Shown piece after piece: positions 9,470 through 18,705 of a DNA stretch of 62,452 nucleotides (position 1 is its first letter; each line of letters starts with the position of its first letter). The translations under genes were made by a program, and so were the position numbers. The notes under the pieces were generated by a model that was not told where the DNA came from, made no database searches, and saw nothing but the letters and a program-made list of their open reading frames with translations. The DNA lies in the IMG/VR virus record IMGVR_UViG_3300033076_000975, positions 1-62,452 of that record. One strand, written 5' to 3'. The DNA is from a virus (Duplodnaviria; Caudoviricetes).

Positions 9470-9540
9470 AGGGTCCTAGGGGAATCGAACCCCTTATGAC
9501 CGGATTGAAAGCCGGGTGCCGACCATTCGGCGTAGGACCC
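9470..9540 (-). tRNA. tRNA-Glu(TTC)-like gene, atypical
   Basis: Acceptor GGGTCCT/AGGACCC, D-stem GCCG/CGGC, anticodon loop CT-TTC-AA, T-arm AGGGG-TTCGATT-CCCCT. Anticodon stem has a C-C mismatch, position 8 is A, and there is no CCA. Confidence 0.7.
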
Positions 9541-9546
9541 GGTTGG

Positions 9547-9915
9547 TTAATCCAACCATTTCTTGACTTCGTTCAGAAGATTTTCGGGCTTGTAGTTGTA
9601 GACGTAGCTCGGGATAAACTTCGCGAGCTTGTTGGCTAACGCTTTGGAATCCACGGGCTTGGAAGCCGTGTACTCCACGGACTTATAAGGACGGCCACGG
9701 ACGAAGGCTAAAGCGAGGTGGGCTAGGCGTGCCTCTTCGCGGAGACGTCCGGTGCGGTGGTAGTGGAGGGAACAGCGATAGGCGGGACCGGCACGAAGGG
9801 TTTCCTTGCGGATGATCTTAGCCTCCATGGCCAACGATTTCACGTTGACGCGGAGGGAATGGATCGTCATTACTTTGTGGTCGTAGGCGTATTGCTTGGG
9901 AATCATGGTACTCAT
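9547..9915 (-). CDS. conserved phage hypothetical protein
   Basis: KSLAMEAKIIRKE...LHYHR...LREEARLAHLALAFVRGRPY resembles a recurrent phage family of unknown function. Confidence 0.7.
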   Translation of the reverse strand: MSTMIPKQYAYDHKVMTIHSLRVNVKSLAMEAKIIRKETLRAGPAYRCSLHYHRTGRLREEARLAHLALAFVRGRPYKSVEYTASKPVDSKALANKLAKFIPSYVYNYKPENLLNEVKKWLD

Positions 9916-10005
9916 TGTCGCATCCTTGTAGTTAGGGAATGAGGGAGAAAGGGAAAGGTTGGATGCGGCGGGTCACGGCATTCACAACATGGTAAATCTC
10001 CAAGG

Positions 10006-10545
10006 TTACTCGTTTGCGTCGTCGGGGTATTCGCCTTTGACGGGTTTACGGCCTAGGCGTTCCATTAGTTCCTCGAAGGTCTCCTGGACGGCGCTCCCGG
10101 TGATCCTTTTGCGGAGTTCGCCATTCGTGGATCTCCAGACGGAGGAGCCTCGGCCCGTGATGGGGAACCCGTCGGCGTCGTAGCGGAGGGAGAGGAGGGG
10201 AGGGTGGCCGGGGTTGTCCTTCGGGTAGGAGGTCTTTAAGAGGTTCCCGTGGTTGTACTGGAATCGGAAGTTGGCGATGTTCATCGCCCCATGGCAGAGG
10301 GATTGGGCGGTGGTATCGTAACGACCGAATTCCTTGAGGGTCATGGCGAGGAGTTGTTGGTCTGTGAGGGGCTTCGGCCATTGCTCCCGATCCTCGTTGT
10401 ACGAGAACAGGTGGACAAGGTATTCGCTGAGACCGAGCTTACTCTTCTGGCCGATCTTGATCCGTCGAACCATGCCGATGCGGCGGTCCGGTTCCCGCAC
10501 CGTTTTCTGGTAGTCCTGGAAGATGACGCTTTTCGAGGTTCTCAT
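10006..10545 (-). CDS. hypothetical protein
   Basis: ORF downstream of the promoter at 10653-10682; start chosen at MRTSKS. Confidence 0.65.
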   Translation of the reverse strand: MRTSKSVIFQDYQKTVREPDRRIGMVRRIKIGQKSKLGLSEYLVHLFSYNEDREQWPKPLTDQQLLAMTLKEFGRYDTTAQSLCHGAMNIANFRFQYNHGNLLKTSYPKDNPGHPPLLSLRYDADGFPITGRGSSVWRSTNGELRKRITGSAVQETFEELMERLGRKPVKGEYPDDANE

Positions 10546-10678
10546 GGAGTCTTCCTTGCACCGTTCTTCGGAGGCTGGGTGATCCACTCGGAGACTGGTT
10601 ACTCGTAAGGTTCAGTTTGGTTCATCGAGGATGAGACCCAGCAGGACTATCAATAGTATCATCACGGGGACTAGGCTG

Positions 10679-12157
10679 TCAAGGATGGTCATCGCGGCAT
10701 TCCTTGGAGCAGGGAGATTTGGGAGCACACAAGATCCGTTCCTTAGGACGTTCATTGGGGTTATTACCCATGGTCTTAAGGTCTCCTAATAAGGTACAGT
10801 CCCATCCCACTTTTGTCAACCAGCGACGTTTCTCCTCCAGGTATTCCTTGGCTTCCTTGAGGCACTGGGCATTAAAGGGAGGAAGGTCAGGCCAGGGGTG
10901 GGCATGGATAATACTACCCTTCCCCTGGCAGGCATGGTGGAAGAGTACCTCCTCGGAATTCGGTTTTTTCTGGCGAATGCAGGGGGAGACGTAAATCGGG
11001 GCGTTGGCTAAGGAGAAGTCGGAGCCGCAGGCTCTCCAAGCGATATGGAAGGTGTCCTTGTCGCCGTAGAGGAATTGATACCAATAGTCCTGGTGCTCAT
11101 TCATCCAGTTGGTGACGGTCAGTTCCTTGGCGCAGCGGTTTTTGTTGATGATGAGTTGGCCGCTCTCGAAGTCGGGTTCGGTCTGATGGGGGAGACCGGC
11201 ACGGTTCCAGACGTCGGGCTTAAGGCGGCAGGGGGATTCCGGGGGGTGTTCGATATCCGGCCAAAAGAGAGCCCCGGTGTCGGTGTACGATTCGTGCGAG
11301 AAGAGAAATGTCGGGTCGGCAAGGGGGATGCAGTCGGCGTCTAAGGAGAGGACTTCCGCGAAGCGGGAATGGTAGATGGCGAAGGGTTTGATGGCGAAGC
11401 CTTGGAGGAAGCGGTGGGGAACTCCGATGGCGGTGGCGTCCACGAGTTCGATGCCATAGTCTTCGGCGATGAGGCGAAGGGCCGCGTCATATTCGCCAGA
11501 AAAATGCCAGAACTGGATGGGGAGGGCACAGCCGAGTTTGCGAAGGGTATAGACCACCGCGAAGGCACACCGGAAGTAGACCGGGCCACCGGCACAAATG
11601 ACGATCCCCTGGCCATCCCAATTTTTCTGGCGAATAGGCCGTGCTTCGGTCTGCTCCTTTAAGGCTTCGCCCATGGCGAGATGGGCTACCCTCCAGGAGG
11701 TCCAGCCAGCGGGCATGTTCGGACGAGGGCCGTCGAGGAGGTTGCGGAATTCGGAGAGCCGCATTTCAAGCCCGGATTCCGGCTCACGGTAGCCACATTC
11801 CCGGCAGACCCGGTAGCCGGAGGCTCGGGCCATTTGCTCCTGGCGTTCTTGCCCGGCGATGAAGCAGCGGGTTACGTTGGCCTGGGGGTGGTGGCAGGCG
11901 TGGGCGATATTCCCCCCGTTGCAGGTTCCGCACCCGGGGATGGTGAAGTCTTTTCCCCCACGGTGAACGCAAGGGTAGCGGATCTCGGGTGGACTGTCGG
12001 GGACAAGGACCTTACCGATGCCCCAGAGGCGGCGGTAGCCGTGGTTGTAAACGGCGAGCCAGCAGAGGTGGCACTGGGTGTTATCCCATACATGGGAGGT
12101 AACACCTTTGCATTTGACCGGGTGGTTGGGGATCTTCGAGGCAAGGGAGAAAACCAT
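10679..12157 (-). CDS. GT71/Mnn-like (mannosyltransferase-type) glycosyltransferase with Cys/His-rich N-terminal domain
   Basis: GIVICAGG, LGCALPIQFW, KPFAIYHSRFAEVLSLDAD (DxD), GALFWPD, ESGQLIINK, YGDKDTF. Confidence 0.8.
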   Translation of the reverse strand: MVFSLASKIPNHPVKCKGVTSHVWDNTQCHLCWLAVYNHGYRRLWGIGKVLVPDSPPEIRYPCVHRGGKDFTIPGCGTCNGGNIAHACHHPQANVTRCFIAGQERQEQMARASGYRVCRECGYREPESGLEMRLSEFRNLLDGPRPNMPAGWTSWRVAHLAMGEALKEQTEARPIRQKNWDGQGIVICAGGPVYFRCAFAVVYTLRKLGCALPIQFWHFSGEYDAALRLIAEDYGIELVDATAIGVPHRFLQGFAIKPFAIYHSRFAEVLSLDADCIPLADPTFLFSHESYTDTGALFWPDIEHPPESPCRLKPDVWNRAGLPHQTEPDFESGQLIINKNRCAKELTVTNWMNEHQDYWYQFLYGDKDTFHIAWRACGSDFSLANAPIYVSPCIRQKKPNSEEVLFHHACQGKGSIIHAHPWPDLPPFNAQCLKEAKEYLEEKRRWLTKVGWDCTLLGDLKTMGNNPNERPKERILCAPKSPCSKECRDDHP

Positions 12158-12158
12158 A

Positions 12159-12695
12159 TCAGGGAGCTTGAGTAATGGTTACGGTAATATCAGCGGCGGA
12201 AGTACAGCAGTCGCAGTTTACCCCTCCGAGGCCACTCCAGGAAGAGGGAGGAAGTTTGAATACCAGGGAGAGGGGGGAGCAGGAGCATCCTGATTCCACC
12301 CGCCGCCAGTCGGCCCCGGTATTCGCACACGCCGAGGAGGTGTAGGTGATGGAGGCTTCGTAGAAGTCGCAGAGACCACCGCCACGATCCGAGAGGGTTG
12401 GGTTGCAGCGGAGGCGGATGATGGCCGTGAACTGGACGGTGGTACACGGGTCGAGGGTGGCGGAGACTCCAACGTGGAAGGAGCAATAGGTCGGGTCGTT
12501 CTGGTTGGTTAGGGTAATGGTCACCCCGTCCAGATGCGGGCAATCCGGGGCCGCGATGGTGGCGATGAGGGTATTGTCGCTGAGGTTGCAGCAACAGTTC
12601 CCCGAGGGGCGGTCACAGCAGCAATTCAAGTCCATCGCCAACTGCCCATTCGGGGCGAAGAGGAGTTGGCCGTTCCAGAAGATGGGCGACGTCAT
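12159..12695 (-). CDS. cysteine-rich putative virion protein
   Basis: NCCCD, NCCCN, CSCS, CDCC among ~18 Cys in 178 aa; at the end of the tail gene run. Confidence 0.7.
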   Translation of the reverse strand: MTSPIFWNGQLLFAPNGQLAMDLNCCCDRPSGNCCCNLSDNTLIATIAAPDCPHLDGVTITLTNQNDPTYCSFHVGVSATLDPCTTVQFTAIIRLRCNPTLSDRGGGLCDFYEASITYTSSACANTGADWRRVESGCSCSPLSLVFKLPPSSWSGLGGVNCDCCTSAADITVTITQAP

Positions 12696-12698
12696 GGA

Positions 12699-14912
12699 CT
12701 AAGGCCGTAGGGGCAAGGGGATGCCGGACAAGGACTCCTGGGGGGCGGGGTCCACGTAAGGGGCGGGCTCCGGTTGGATCTGGGTGGTTTGGGTGAACGG
12801 GTAGTATCCGTAGACAGTGGAGTAATCGCAGGGAGTTCCCTGGATGAGCAAGGCGTCGTAGGGAGTGCAAATGCAGGCCACGAAGATGGGGACGTAAAGA
12901 CCTCGGATCTGGTAGCCGTACTGATAGACGTCGGTGAGGACGTCGATCTGGCTGAAGCTGTAGAGGGTGTACGGGACCTCGTTCTGGTCGCAGGACATGA
13001 CCGCGACGGTACGTTTCTTGTACGTAATCTTGCAGTCGCCGGTCGGGAGGGTATTGCCAGTCGGGACTCCGTAGGCGTCGAGTTCGGGTTCGCATCCATC
13101 CACCGAGGTGAAGGGGTAGCGGACGATATCGAGTTGATGGTGTTTTACCTGGATGACGATCAGACCGCCTACGTCGCAGTCATAGGTCATCAGGACGTCG
13201 TCCCCGGTGATCCCTTCCAAGGCGAAGGGGTTGGCGGCGGTCAAGGCATCGAAGGTGTCGGAACAGCAAGCCAAGTTGTAAGGGTAGTCGTCGAGTGTCG
13301 CGGAGTCACCTCCGCACATATCCGAGGCGAGAACGCCACGATAGAGAGGGTTCGCGGCGGGACCAAGGATTACCCAACTACGGATCTGCCAATGGTAGAG
13401 AATGTTGACGTAGCTGTTTGCCTTGTAGTTTACGTTGGCGGGGTTATGGGCTCGCACCAGCTTCCCGGAACTGGCCCAGTTGTAGCTTGTCCCGGAGGCA
13501 ACTCCGTAACGGATGGATACGGTTCCGAAGCCCCCGGAGCAGGAGATATCGGACAGGAGCCTTGCGACCGCGAAACGTTCGGTCTGCTCATGCTTTCTCG
13601 CGGTATCCGGTGGAGCCATGGATTCGCTGGCGTAAATCTCCCGGGCCTGGGTCTTACCCAAGGTTCCTACGGTGTCCTCTGGATCATATTTGAGTGGGGA
13701 CAGAAGAACTTCGGTTTTCGACCCGGAGCCCGTGGAGTACCAAACAACCGCTTCCGTCTGGGAGCCGGGTAGCAGTTGGTGGAAGCCGTGGTAGATCGTG
13801 TGAAGGGAGAAATGGGTCCCGGGGTCATGGGCGTAAGCCCAGGCTTGGGCAAGGGAGTTCGCGACCCCGGTAAGGTCTAGACCATTGAGGAGTGTTCCAT
13901 CGACGTGGTAATGAGCGGCCAAGGGGGCGTGGATGGTGGCGATGGTCCCCGGGACTACCGCGATATCCGTAAGCAATGTGGTAGTTGTAACATCAATGGT
14001 GTAAAGGGGGTTCAGGATATAAGCGTCCTGCCCGGCGATGGATTCCGTATCCGCATCGTTCTGGAAGTCGTTTTTGTCGGCGGGGAAAAGCACCCGGATC
14101 TTCTCGGGGAAGATCGCTCCGAAGCCCCGGTCGTTGGTGGGGTTCCAGATGGCTTGACGTTGAGGGTCTCCCTCCATCCCCGTGGTTTGTTCCGCTTGGC
14201 CCGATTCGATACGGAAGTTGCCGTCCAGATCGCGATAGACCCAGTTCTGGGTTACCTTCATGATCGAGATCAAGGCATCCCAGGCGGAGACTCCCCGGTA
14301 GATCAAATTCTCCGGGACCTCCGCAGGGTAAATACCATTGTCTACTAAGGCCCCGAAGGGCGTCGTCGGCAGGAGAGCCCAGATATCTTGAACGATCTCC
14401 GTCCAGGTCCAGGTAGCGGCTCCATTGAGAGTGGAATCGTACCAAGCCTCCATATTCGCATCGTCAATACTGCGATAGGACCGGAAGTTGTAGGCTTTAT
14501 TGATCGAGGTATATCTACCCAGATAACGGGCATCCGCCAGTTCGACTAGGCACAAGGCTTCGTTGACGAGGGTATTCGCGATTCCCGTGAGATGACGGAC
14601 CCGGACAATCCCGAGCTTCTTGATCTCCACCGCCCCGTAGGCGTCCTCCCACTTCAAGGTGAAGTTGAAGGTATTCGGGGAGCCACGATTCCCGGCGATG
14701 AGGGGCTCCACGTCCTTCCAGAGCATGAGGACGCACCCGCGACCGTATTCCTTCCCACGGGGGAGGGTGAAGGAATTGGCCTTCCCATAGAAATGGTCAT
14801 AGGGAATACCATTGCGTTGGTGGTATTCCATGAGCGGGGTAGGATCACAACAGACTACCCCGTTGAGAGTGATCTTTAAGCCCGAGATGCCGTTTTCAGG
14901 GTACATCCTCAA
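12699..14912 (-). CDS. putative tail/baseplate hub protein with Cys-rich C-terminus
   Basis: 737 aa, beta-rich; ENLIYRGVSAWDAL...DLDG resembles tail hub proteins; structural context. Confidence 0.6.
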   Translation of the reverse strand: MRMYPENGISGLKITLNGVVCCDPTPLMEYHQRNGIPYDHFYGKANSFTLPRGKEYGRGCVLMLWKDVEPLIAGNRGSPNTFNFTLKWEDAYGAVEIKKLGIVRVRHLTGIANTLVNEALCLVELADARYLGRYTSINKAYNFRSYRSIDDANMEAWYDSTLNGAATWTWTEIVQDIWALLPTTPFGALVDNGIYPAEVPENLIYRGVSAWDALISIMKVTQNWVYRDLDGNFRIESGQAEQTTGMEGDPQRQAIWNPTNDRGFGAIFPEKIRVLFPADKNDFQNDADTESIAGQDAYILNPLYTIDVTTTTLLTDIAVVPGTIATIHAPLAAHYHVDGTLLNGLDLTGVANSLAQAWAYAHDPGTHFSLHTIYHGFHQLLPGSQTEAVVWYSTGSGSKTEVLLSPLKYDPEDTVGTLGKTQAREIYASESMAPPDTARKHEQTERFAVARLLSDISCSGGFGTVSIRYGVASGTSYNWASSGKLVRAHNPANVNYKANSYVNILYHWQIRSWVILGPAANPLYRGVLASDMCGGDSATLDDYPYNLACCSDTFDALTAANPFALEGITGDDVLMTYDCDVGGLIVIQVKHHQLDIVRYPFTSVDGCEPELDAYGVPTGNTLPTGDCKITYKKRTVAVMSCDQNEVPYTLYSFSQIDVLTDVYQYGYQIRGLYVPIFVACICTPYDALLIQGTPCDYSTVYGYYPFTQTTQIQPEPAPYVDPAPQESLSGIPLPLRP

Positions 14913-14938
14913 TCCCCGGTTTTTTCTGGCGAATACGC

Positions 14939-16216
14939 CTAGGCCGCTTGCTCGTCGCCTTGGTCCATGCCTTCTTCGCCCTGGTCATCCTCAGGGAAAC
15001 CTTCCTCAGGTCCTTGAGGCTGTTCCAGGGCTTGCTGAGCGTCCAAGGGCGTGCAGAATAGCTCATAGTGTACCGGGCCGAACAAGGTGTTGACCAGATA
15101 ACGGAGGCAGTAGCGGTCGAAGTCGAGGAGGAGGTCGGTGGCGATGCTGAAGAGGATCGAGTTGTAGGCTTCCTGGGGGACGCCTCGGCCTGAGGAGGAA
15201 CCGAAGCCGGTATCCCCGGAGGACTGGATTACTTCCGGGGGGATGCCGAGGGACTCGAAGATTTCGGAGCGAAGGTCGTCACCGTATTCCAGGAGGCCAG
15301 CGGGAGTCGGGTTCGGGGAGGGAGGTTGGTATTCCCAGGAACGGGAGGAGCCGTCCCCGGAGGGGGAATTCGGCAGGGTTAGGACGGCCCCGGTTCGCTT
15401 CTTCTCCAACATCTCCCGGGCGTAGTCCCGGCAGGGCTTGTTGCCCTGGGGAGTTGCGATGAGCCCGGGGGGATGGTACATGACACCCCCGTCGAAGGCA
15501 CACCCCGTGAACCAGAGGCGACGGATCTGGCGGTAACCGTCCTCGCTCCACATCTCGTACCAGGGGACATGGGTGCCGAAGAGGCGGGAGAGGCCGAACC
15601 ACGGGTTACGGTCACGCCAGTGGAGATGCCAGAGGGCCCGGGGGGCTCCGACGTAATACCATCCGTCCTTGTTCACGTCGTCGCGAGGGTCATCACCATT
15701 GGCGACGGTATGGCCGTAGGGGTCCTGTGTCATGCGGAACTTGAAGCCGACGACTTGGCCCTTCAAGACCACCGGGCGACAGTCTAAGGACTCCAAGTCC
15801 CGGATCTGGTCGAAGTAGATTAGCCCGTCGTCGGGGTTGTAACGGTAGAGGACCTCGCTCCCCGAGTACCCCCATTCGATGGCTTTCAAGACCCGGAGAG
15901 CCCCTACCGTCCAGAAGCGGGAGAGGTTCTTGTGGATGAACTCTCCGACCACGGTGTCCTGGCAATCCACCTGGAAGGTGGGCTTGGAAATGATGGGACC
16001 TTTGAGGAGCATGAGCCCGAAGAGAACACGCGGGTCGCAGAGCATGTCCCGGATCACCCAGTAAGTGAACGGGGGACGGTTGCGGTTCATGAGACCCACG
16101 TAGCCGTACATCCCCAAGATCGCCTGGGGGACATAGTCCTGGGAGATGACCTCCTTCAGGAACATCTCGGGGGCGACCTTCAAGTCAGGGTTGACCGTGC
16201 CTTCGTTCTCTTTCAT
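14939..16216 (-). CDS. portal protein (Mu gp29/DUF935-like)
   Basis: RDMLCDPRV...LKGPI, LKAIEWGYSGSEVLY, NPWFGLSRL...PWYE, acidic C-terminal tail; 425 aa. Confidence 0.72.
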   Translation of the reverse strand: MKENEGTVNPDLKVAPEMFLKEVISQDYVPQAILGMYGYVGLMNRNRPPFTYWVIRDMLCDPRVLFGLMLLKGPIISKPTFQVDCQDTVVGEFIHKNLSRFWTVGALRVLKAIEWGYSGSEVLYRYNPDDGLIYFDQIRDLESLDCRPVVLKGQVVGFKFRMTQDPYGHTVANGDDPRDDVNKDGWYYVGAPRALWHLHWRDRNPWFGLSRLFGTHVPWYEMWSEDGYRQIRRLWFTGCAFDGGVMYHPPGLIATPQGNKPCRDYAREMLEKKRTGAVLTLPNSPSGDGSSRSWEYQPPSPNPTPAGLLEYGDDLRSEIFESLGIPPEVIQSSGDTGFGSSSGRGVPQEAYNSILFSIATDLLLDFDRYCLRYLVNTLFGPVHYELFCTPLDAQQALEQPQGPEEGFPEDDQGEEGMDQGDEQAA

Positions 16217-16739
16217 GGCGATTCCTGTCGCATTCGGCTGTACGCCACGTTCGATTGGGCCTGGGACGCCAAGGCTTCGTCTTCCGTGGCAAGGTAGGTC
16301 AGCTTGTAGGCGTATTCCTCGGTTAAGTCCCCAGCGGCGTTCCTCTGGCGGATTTCCCGCTGGGCGGATAGTCTCGGGATATTACTGTAATACAGGTAGA
16401 GCGTCAGGTCGTCCAGGCCCGAGGCATCGAACCCGTAGAACTCCGCGACTACCGCCCTTTCCCAAAATTTCCTTTGAGTTCCATGAGGCGAGCCAGGGCG
16501 TGCTCACCGATCACATAGGCTTGTTCGGGAGAAACTTCGACGTTGAAGACCTGCTGGAGAGCATAGGCGAGACGGGAGCAATACACCTCCGCGTAGTTCG
16601 GGTCGGTATTGGTGAGACCGCTCTGGGCTTCCGCGATGAGGGTGTTCAGTTTCAAGAGGGAGCATTCGAGCAAGGTCTCGCCTTCCTCCGTTTGGAAGCG
16701 AATGGTGGGGACCTTGGGGAGAGTCACGGAATCACTCAC
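16213..16739 (-). CDS. tail assembly chaperone, frameshifted long form (gpGT-like)
   Basis: Slippery A-AAT-TTT at 16464-16470 just before the stop of the 96-aa ORF; the -1 frame stays open (KFWERAVVAEFYGFD...RQESP*) to a TGA overlapping the portal ATG. Confidence 0.65.
16449..16739 (-). CDS. tail assembly chaperone, short form (gpG-like)
   Basis: 96-aa ORF ending ...LKGNFGKGR* across the slippery site. Confidence 0.68.
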   Translation of the reverse strand: MSDSVTLPKVPTIRFQTEEGETLLECSLLKLNTLIAEAQSGLTNTDPNYAEVYCSRLAYALQQVFNVEVSPEQAYVIGEHALARLMELKGNFGKGR

Positions 16740-18703
16740 TGGGTATCTCCTGGAGAAACGATGTTAGGGGGTTTGATCCCGGAGACGTACTTATCCGGGA
16801 CCGCGTTAAAGCGTAGCAAGGGATTCTTTTCAGGGGGAGCCGCTAGTTCATAGGTCTTCCGCCATCCCGTAGCGTACACTGGGAGGACTCCGAAGCCGTT
16901 GAGACGTTTCCGATTCGGATTGATGTTCTCCGCGATGAGCTTAGGGATTTGGCCACCATAGTAGGTCAGGTTTGGGACCGGAATGTCATAACAGGCTCGG
17001 ATGGCATAGCCTACCATGGTGATGTGCCATTTTCCATGGCTGGTGGCTTGCACGGTATGATTGTTGGTGGCACTCATGTTCTGGAGTTGACGGTAGGCGC
17101 TATAAAGGTTAGGACCTACCGCTTGCTTCAGGATCTCGGCGGCTTCCGCCCCTACCTCCTCCAGCATCTCCGAGGCGGATGTTACCCAACTCTTGTAGTG
17201 GCTGACGTAGTTCGCGTTGTTGTTGATCTCGAACCAGACTTTGTAGTCGAGCCAGGATTGGTCTGCGGGGGGACATTGGACCTGGAATAGATTAGCAAGG
17301 TATAAGCGTTCTAAGCTGCCTTGGATGGTATTATTGTTGGAGGGGGTTACCCCGTCGGTGCAATGGACCACGATGGAGGAAGTTCCGCCCACCGAGAGAT
17401 CCGAGGTTCCTCGCCCTGAGGATAAGGCAGGGGCTTGGGTGGTTAGCCAGGAACCCCAGTTCCCATCCTCGATAGGATAGAACATCTTAGAGGCTCGGAT
17501 GATCTGAGCCCAGGAGGCGTACAAGGTATACGAGAAGCTGAAACTGAATTCACGACCGTAGAGTTCCTCCTCGATCTCGATATCCCCCGGAATCCAGGAT
17601 GCGACGGTGGAGACCGTTTCAGGGATCGAGACGGTCCCGGTGTCGTTCCATTCCCGGATCATCTCAGTATTGGACAGGGGGACGGCGGCGAGGCGGCTAC
17701 GGACGATGGTCAGGAACATCGAGAAGGCGAGCCAACGGGCGATGTTCGGCTGGATGGTGAAGGTCCCCGCGATGAGGCATTCCCATTGGTAAAATCCTTT
17801 GTCCATCCCGGACTTCATCCTATGGGAGGCTTGGCACTTCAAGACCCCGTTGAGGTAGGGGTTGTCGCTATGGATCTCGCTATCGGTGATGCGGAAGTCC
17901 AGGCGGCGGAAGTCCCGGGAGACGTCCCATTGGAAGGTTCGATGGAATCCAGGGAGACGGATGAAGAGATTGGTGATGGTGTTCTGGACGATGGTGAGGG
18001 GGATTACCCGAGAGAACGCGGGGACCGCTCCGACCGCCGCCGCCCCGGCTGGGACCCCACCGTCCACCAAGACCCCGGGGACTTCCACCGTCCCAATGAG
18101 GCTCCGGGTCATCCAGCCTTCCTCGTCCACCCCTAAGGAGACCGAGTAGTTGAACTCCGTGAACCGGGGGTTGCCTTCCGACCAGATCCCCTCGGGGGAG
18201 CCGTCGCAGAGACCGTCTCCGTTGCTATCCGAGAAGCAGCAGACGGCTAAGGCGAATTCCACCGACCACTGGACCCGGACGGCCCTGGAGGAACCAATGG
18301 ATTCCCAGGTGATGAGTTCGGGCTTCGGGCCGAAGTTCAAGTCGTTATCGGGGCTCACCGTGTACGTGGAAGCGATGGCGTTCACGATGACGCGGTCGGT
18401 CATCCCGAAGCCCTTCTGGGTGAACTTCAAGGTTCGTCCTGGGACCGTTAAGGCCCGCTTGAAAACCTCGGTGTTCTTGTCCACCGCCGTCCCCCCGGTC
18501 CCAAAGTCGAGAGTCGGAGACATTTGCGGGGTAATGACGAATTCCAAGGTTAGGGTGTGTTTCCACCACTTCGGGACTCGGCCCGAGGATTCGTAGACGG
18601 GCTCCACTTGGACACGAGCCCCCACGGCAGGGGGAAATACCACCCCGTTGTATTCACATTCACCTACCAGGAGGCTATTGTCGAGATGGGGGGCATTGGG
18701 CAT
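16736..18703 (-). CDS. putative virion structural protein
   Basis: 655 aa, beta-rich, within the tail gene run; CEYNGVVF start resembles distal-tail-type proteins. Confidence 0.6.
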   Translation of the reverse strand: MPNAPHLDNSLLVGECEYNGVVFPPAVGARVQVEPVYESSGRVPKWWKHTLTLEFVITPQMSPTLDFGTGGTAVDKNTEVFKRALTVPGRTLKFTQKGFGMTDRVIVNAIASTYTVSPDNDLNFGPKPELITWESIGSSRAVRVQWSVEFALAVCCFSDSNGDGLCDGSPEGIWSEGNPRFTEFNYSVSLGVDEEGWMTRSLIGTVEVPGVLVDGGVPAGAAAVGAVPAFSRVIPLTIVQNTITNLFIRLPGFHRTFQWDVSRDFRRLDFRITDSEIHSDNPYLNGVLKCQASHRMKSGMDKGFYQWECLIAGTFTIQPNIARWLAFSMFLTIVRSRLAAVPLSNTEMIREWNDTGTVSIPETVSTVASWIPGDIEIEEELYGREFSFSFSYTLYASWAQIIRASKMFYPIEDGNWGSWLTTQAPALSSGRGTSDLSVGGTSSIVVHCTDGVTPSNNNTIQGSLERLYLANLFQVQCPPADQSWLDYKVWFEINNNANYVSHYKSWVTSASEMLEEVGAEAAEILKQAVGPNLYSAYRQLQNMSATNNHTVQATSHGKWHITMVGYAIRACYDIPVPNLTYYGGQIPKLIAENINPNRKRLNGFGVLPVYATGWRKTYELAAPPEKNPLLRFNAVPDKYVSGIKPPNIVSPGDTQ

Positions 18704-18705
18704 GG

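Larger units (their letters stand above)
5586..10682 (-). promoter_or_regulatory. sigma70-type promoters with 18-bp spacer (replication block)
   Basis: TTGACA/TTTACA-N18-TACAAT/TAACAT/TACTAT at 5586-5615, 6493-6522, 8531-8560, 8751-8780, 10653-10682. Confidence 0.75.

Noticed and set aside
9470-9540. tRNA as an attP/prophage boundary
   Set aside because: No integrase or recombinase recognised, no duplicated tRNA 3' end and no flanking host genes.
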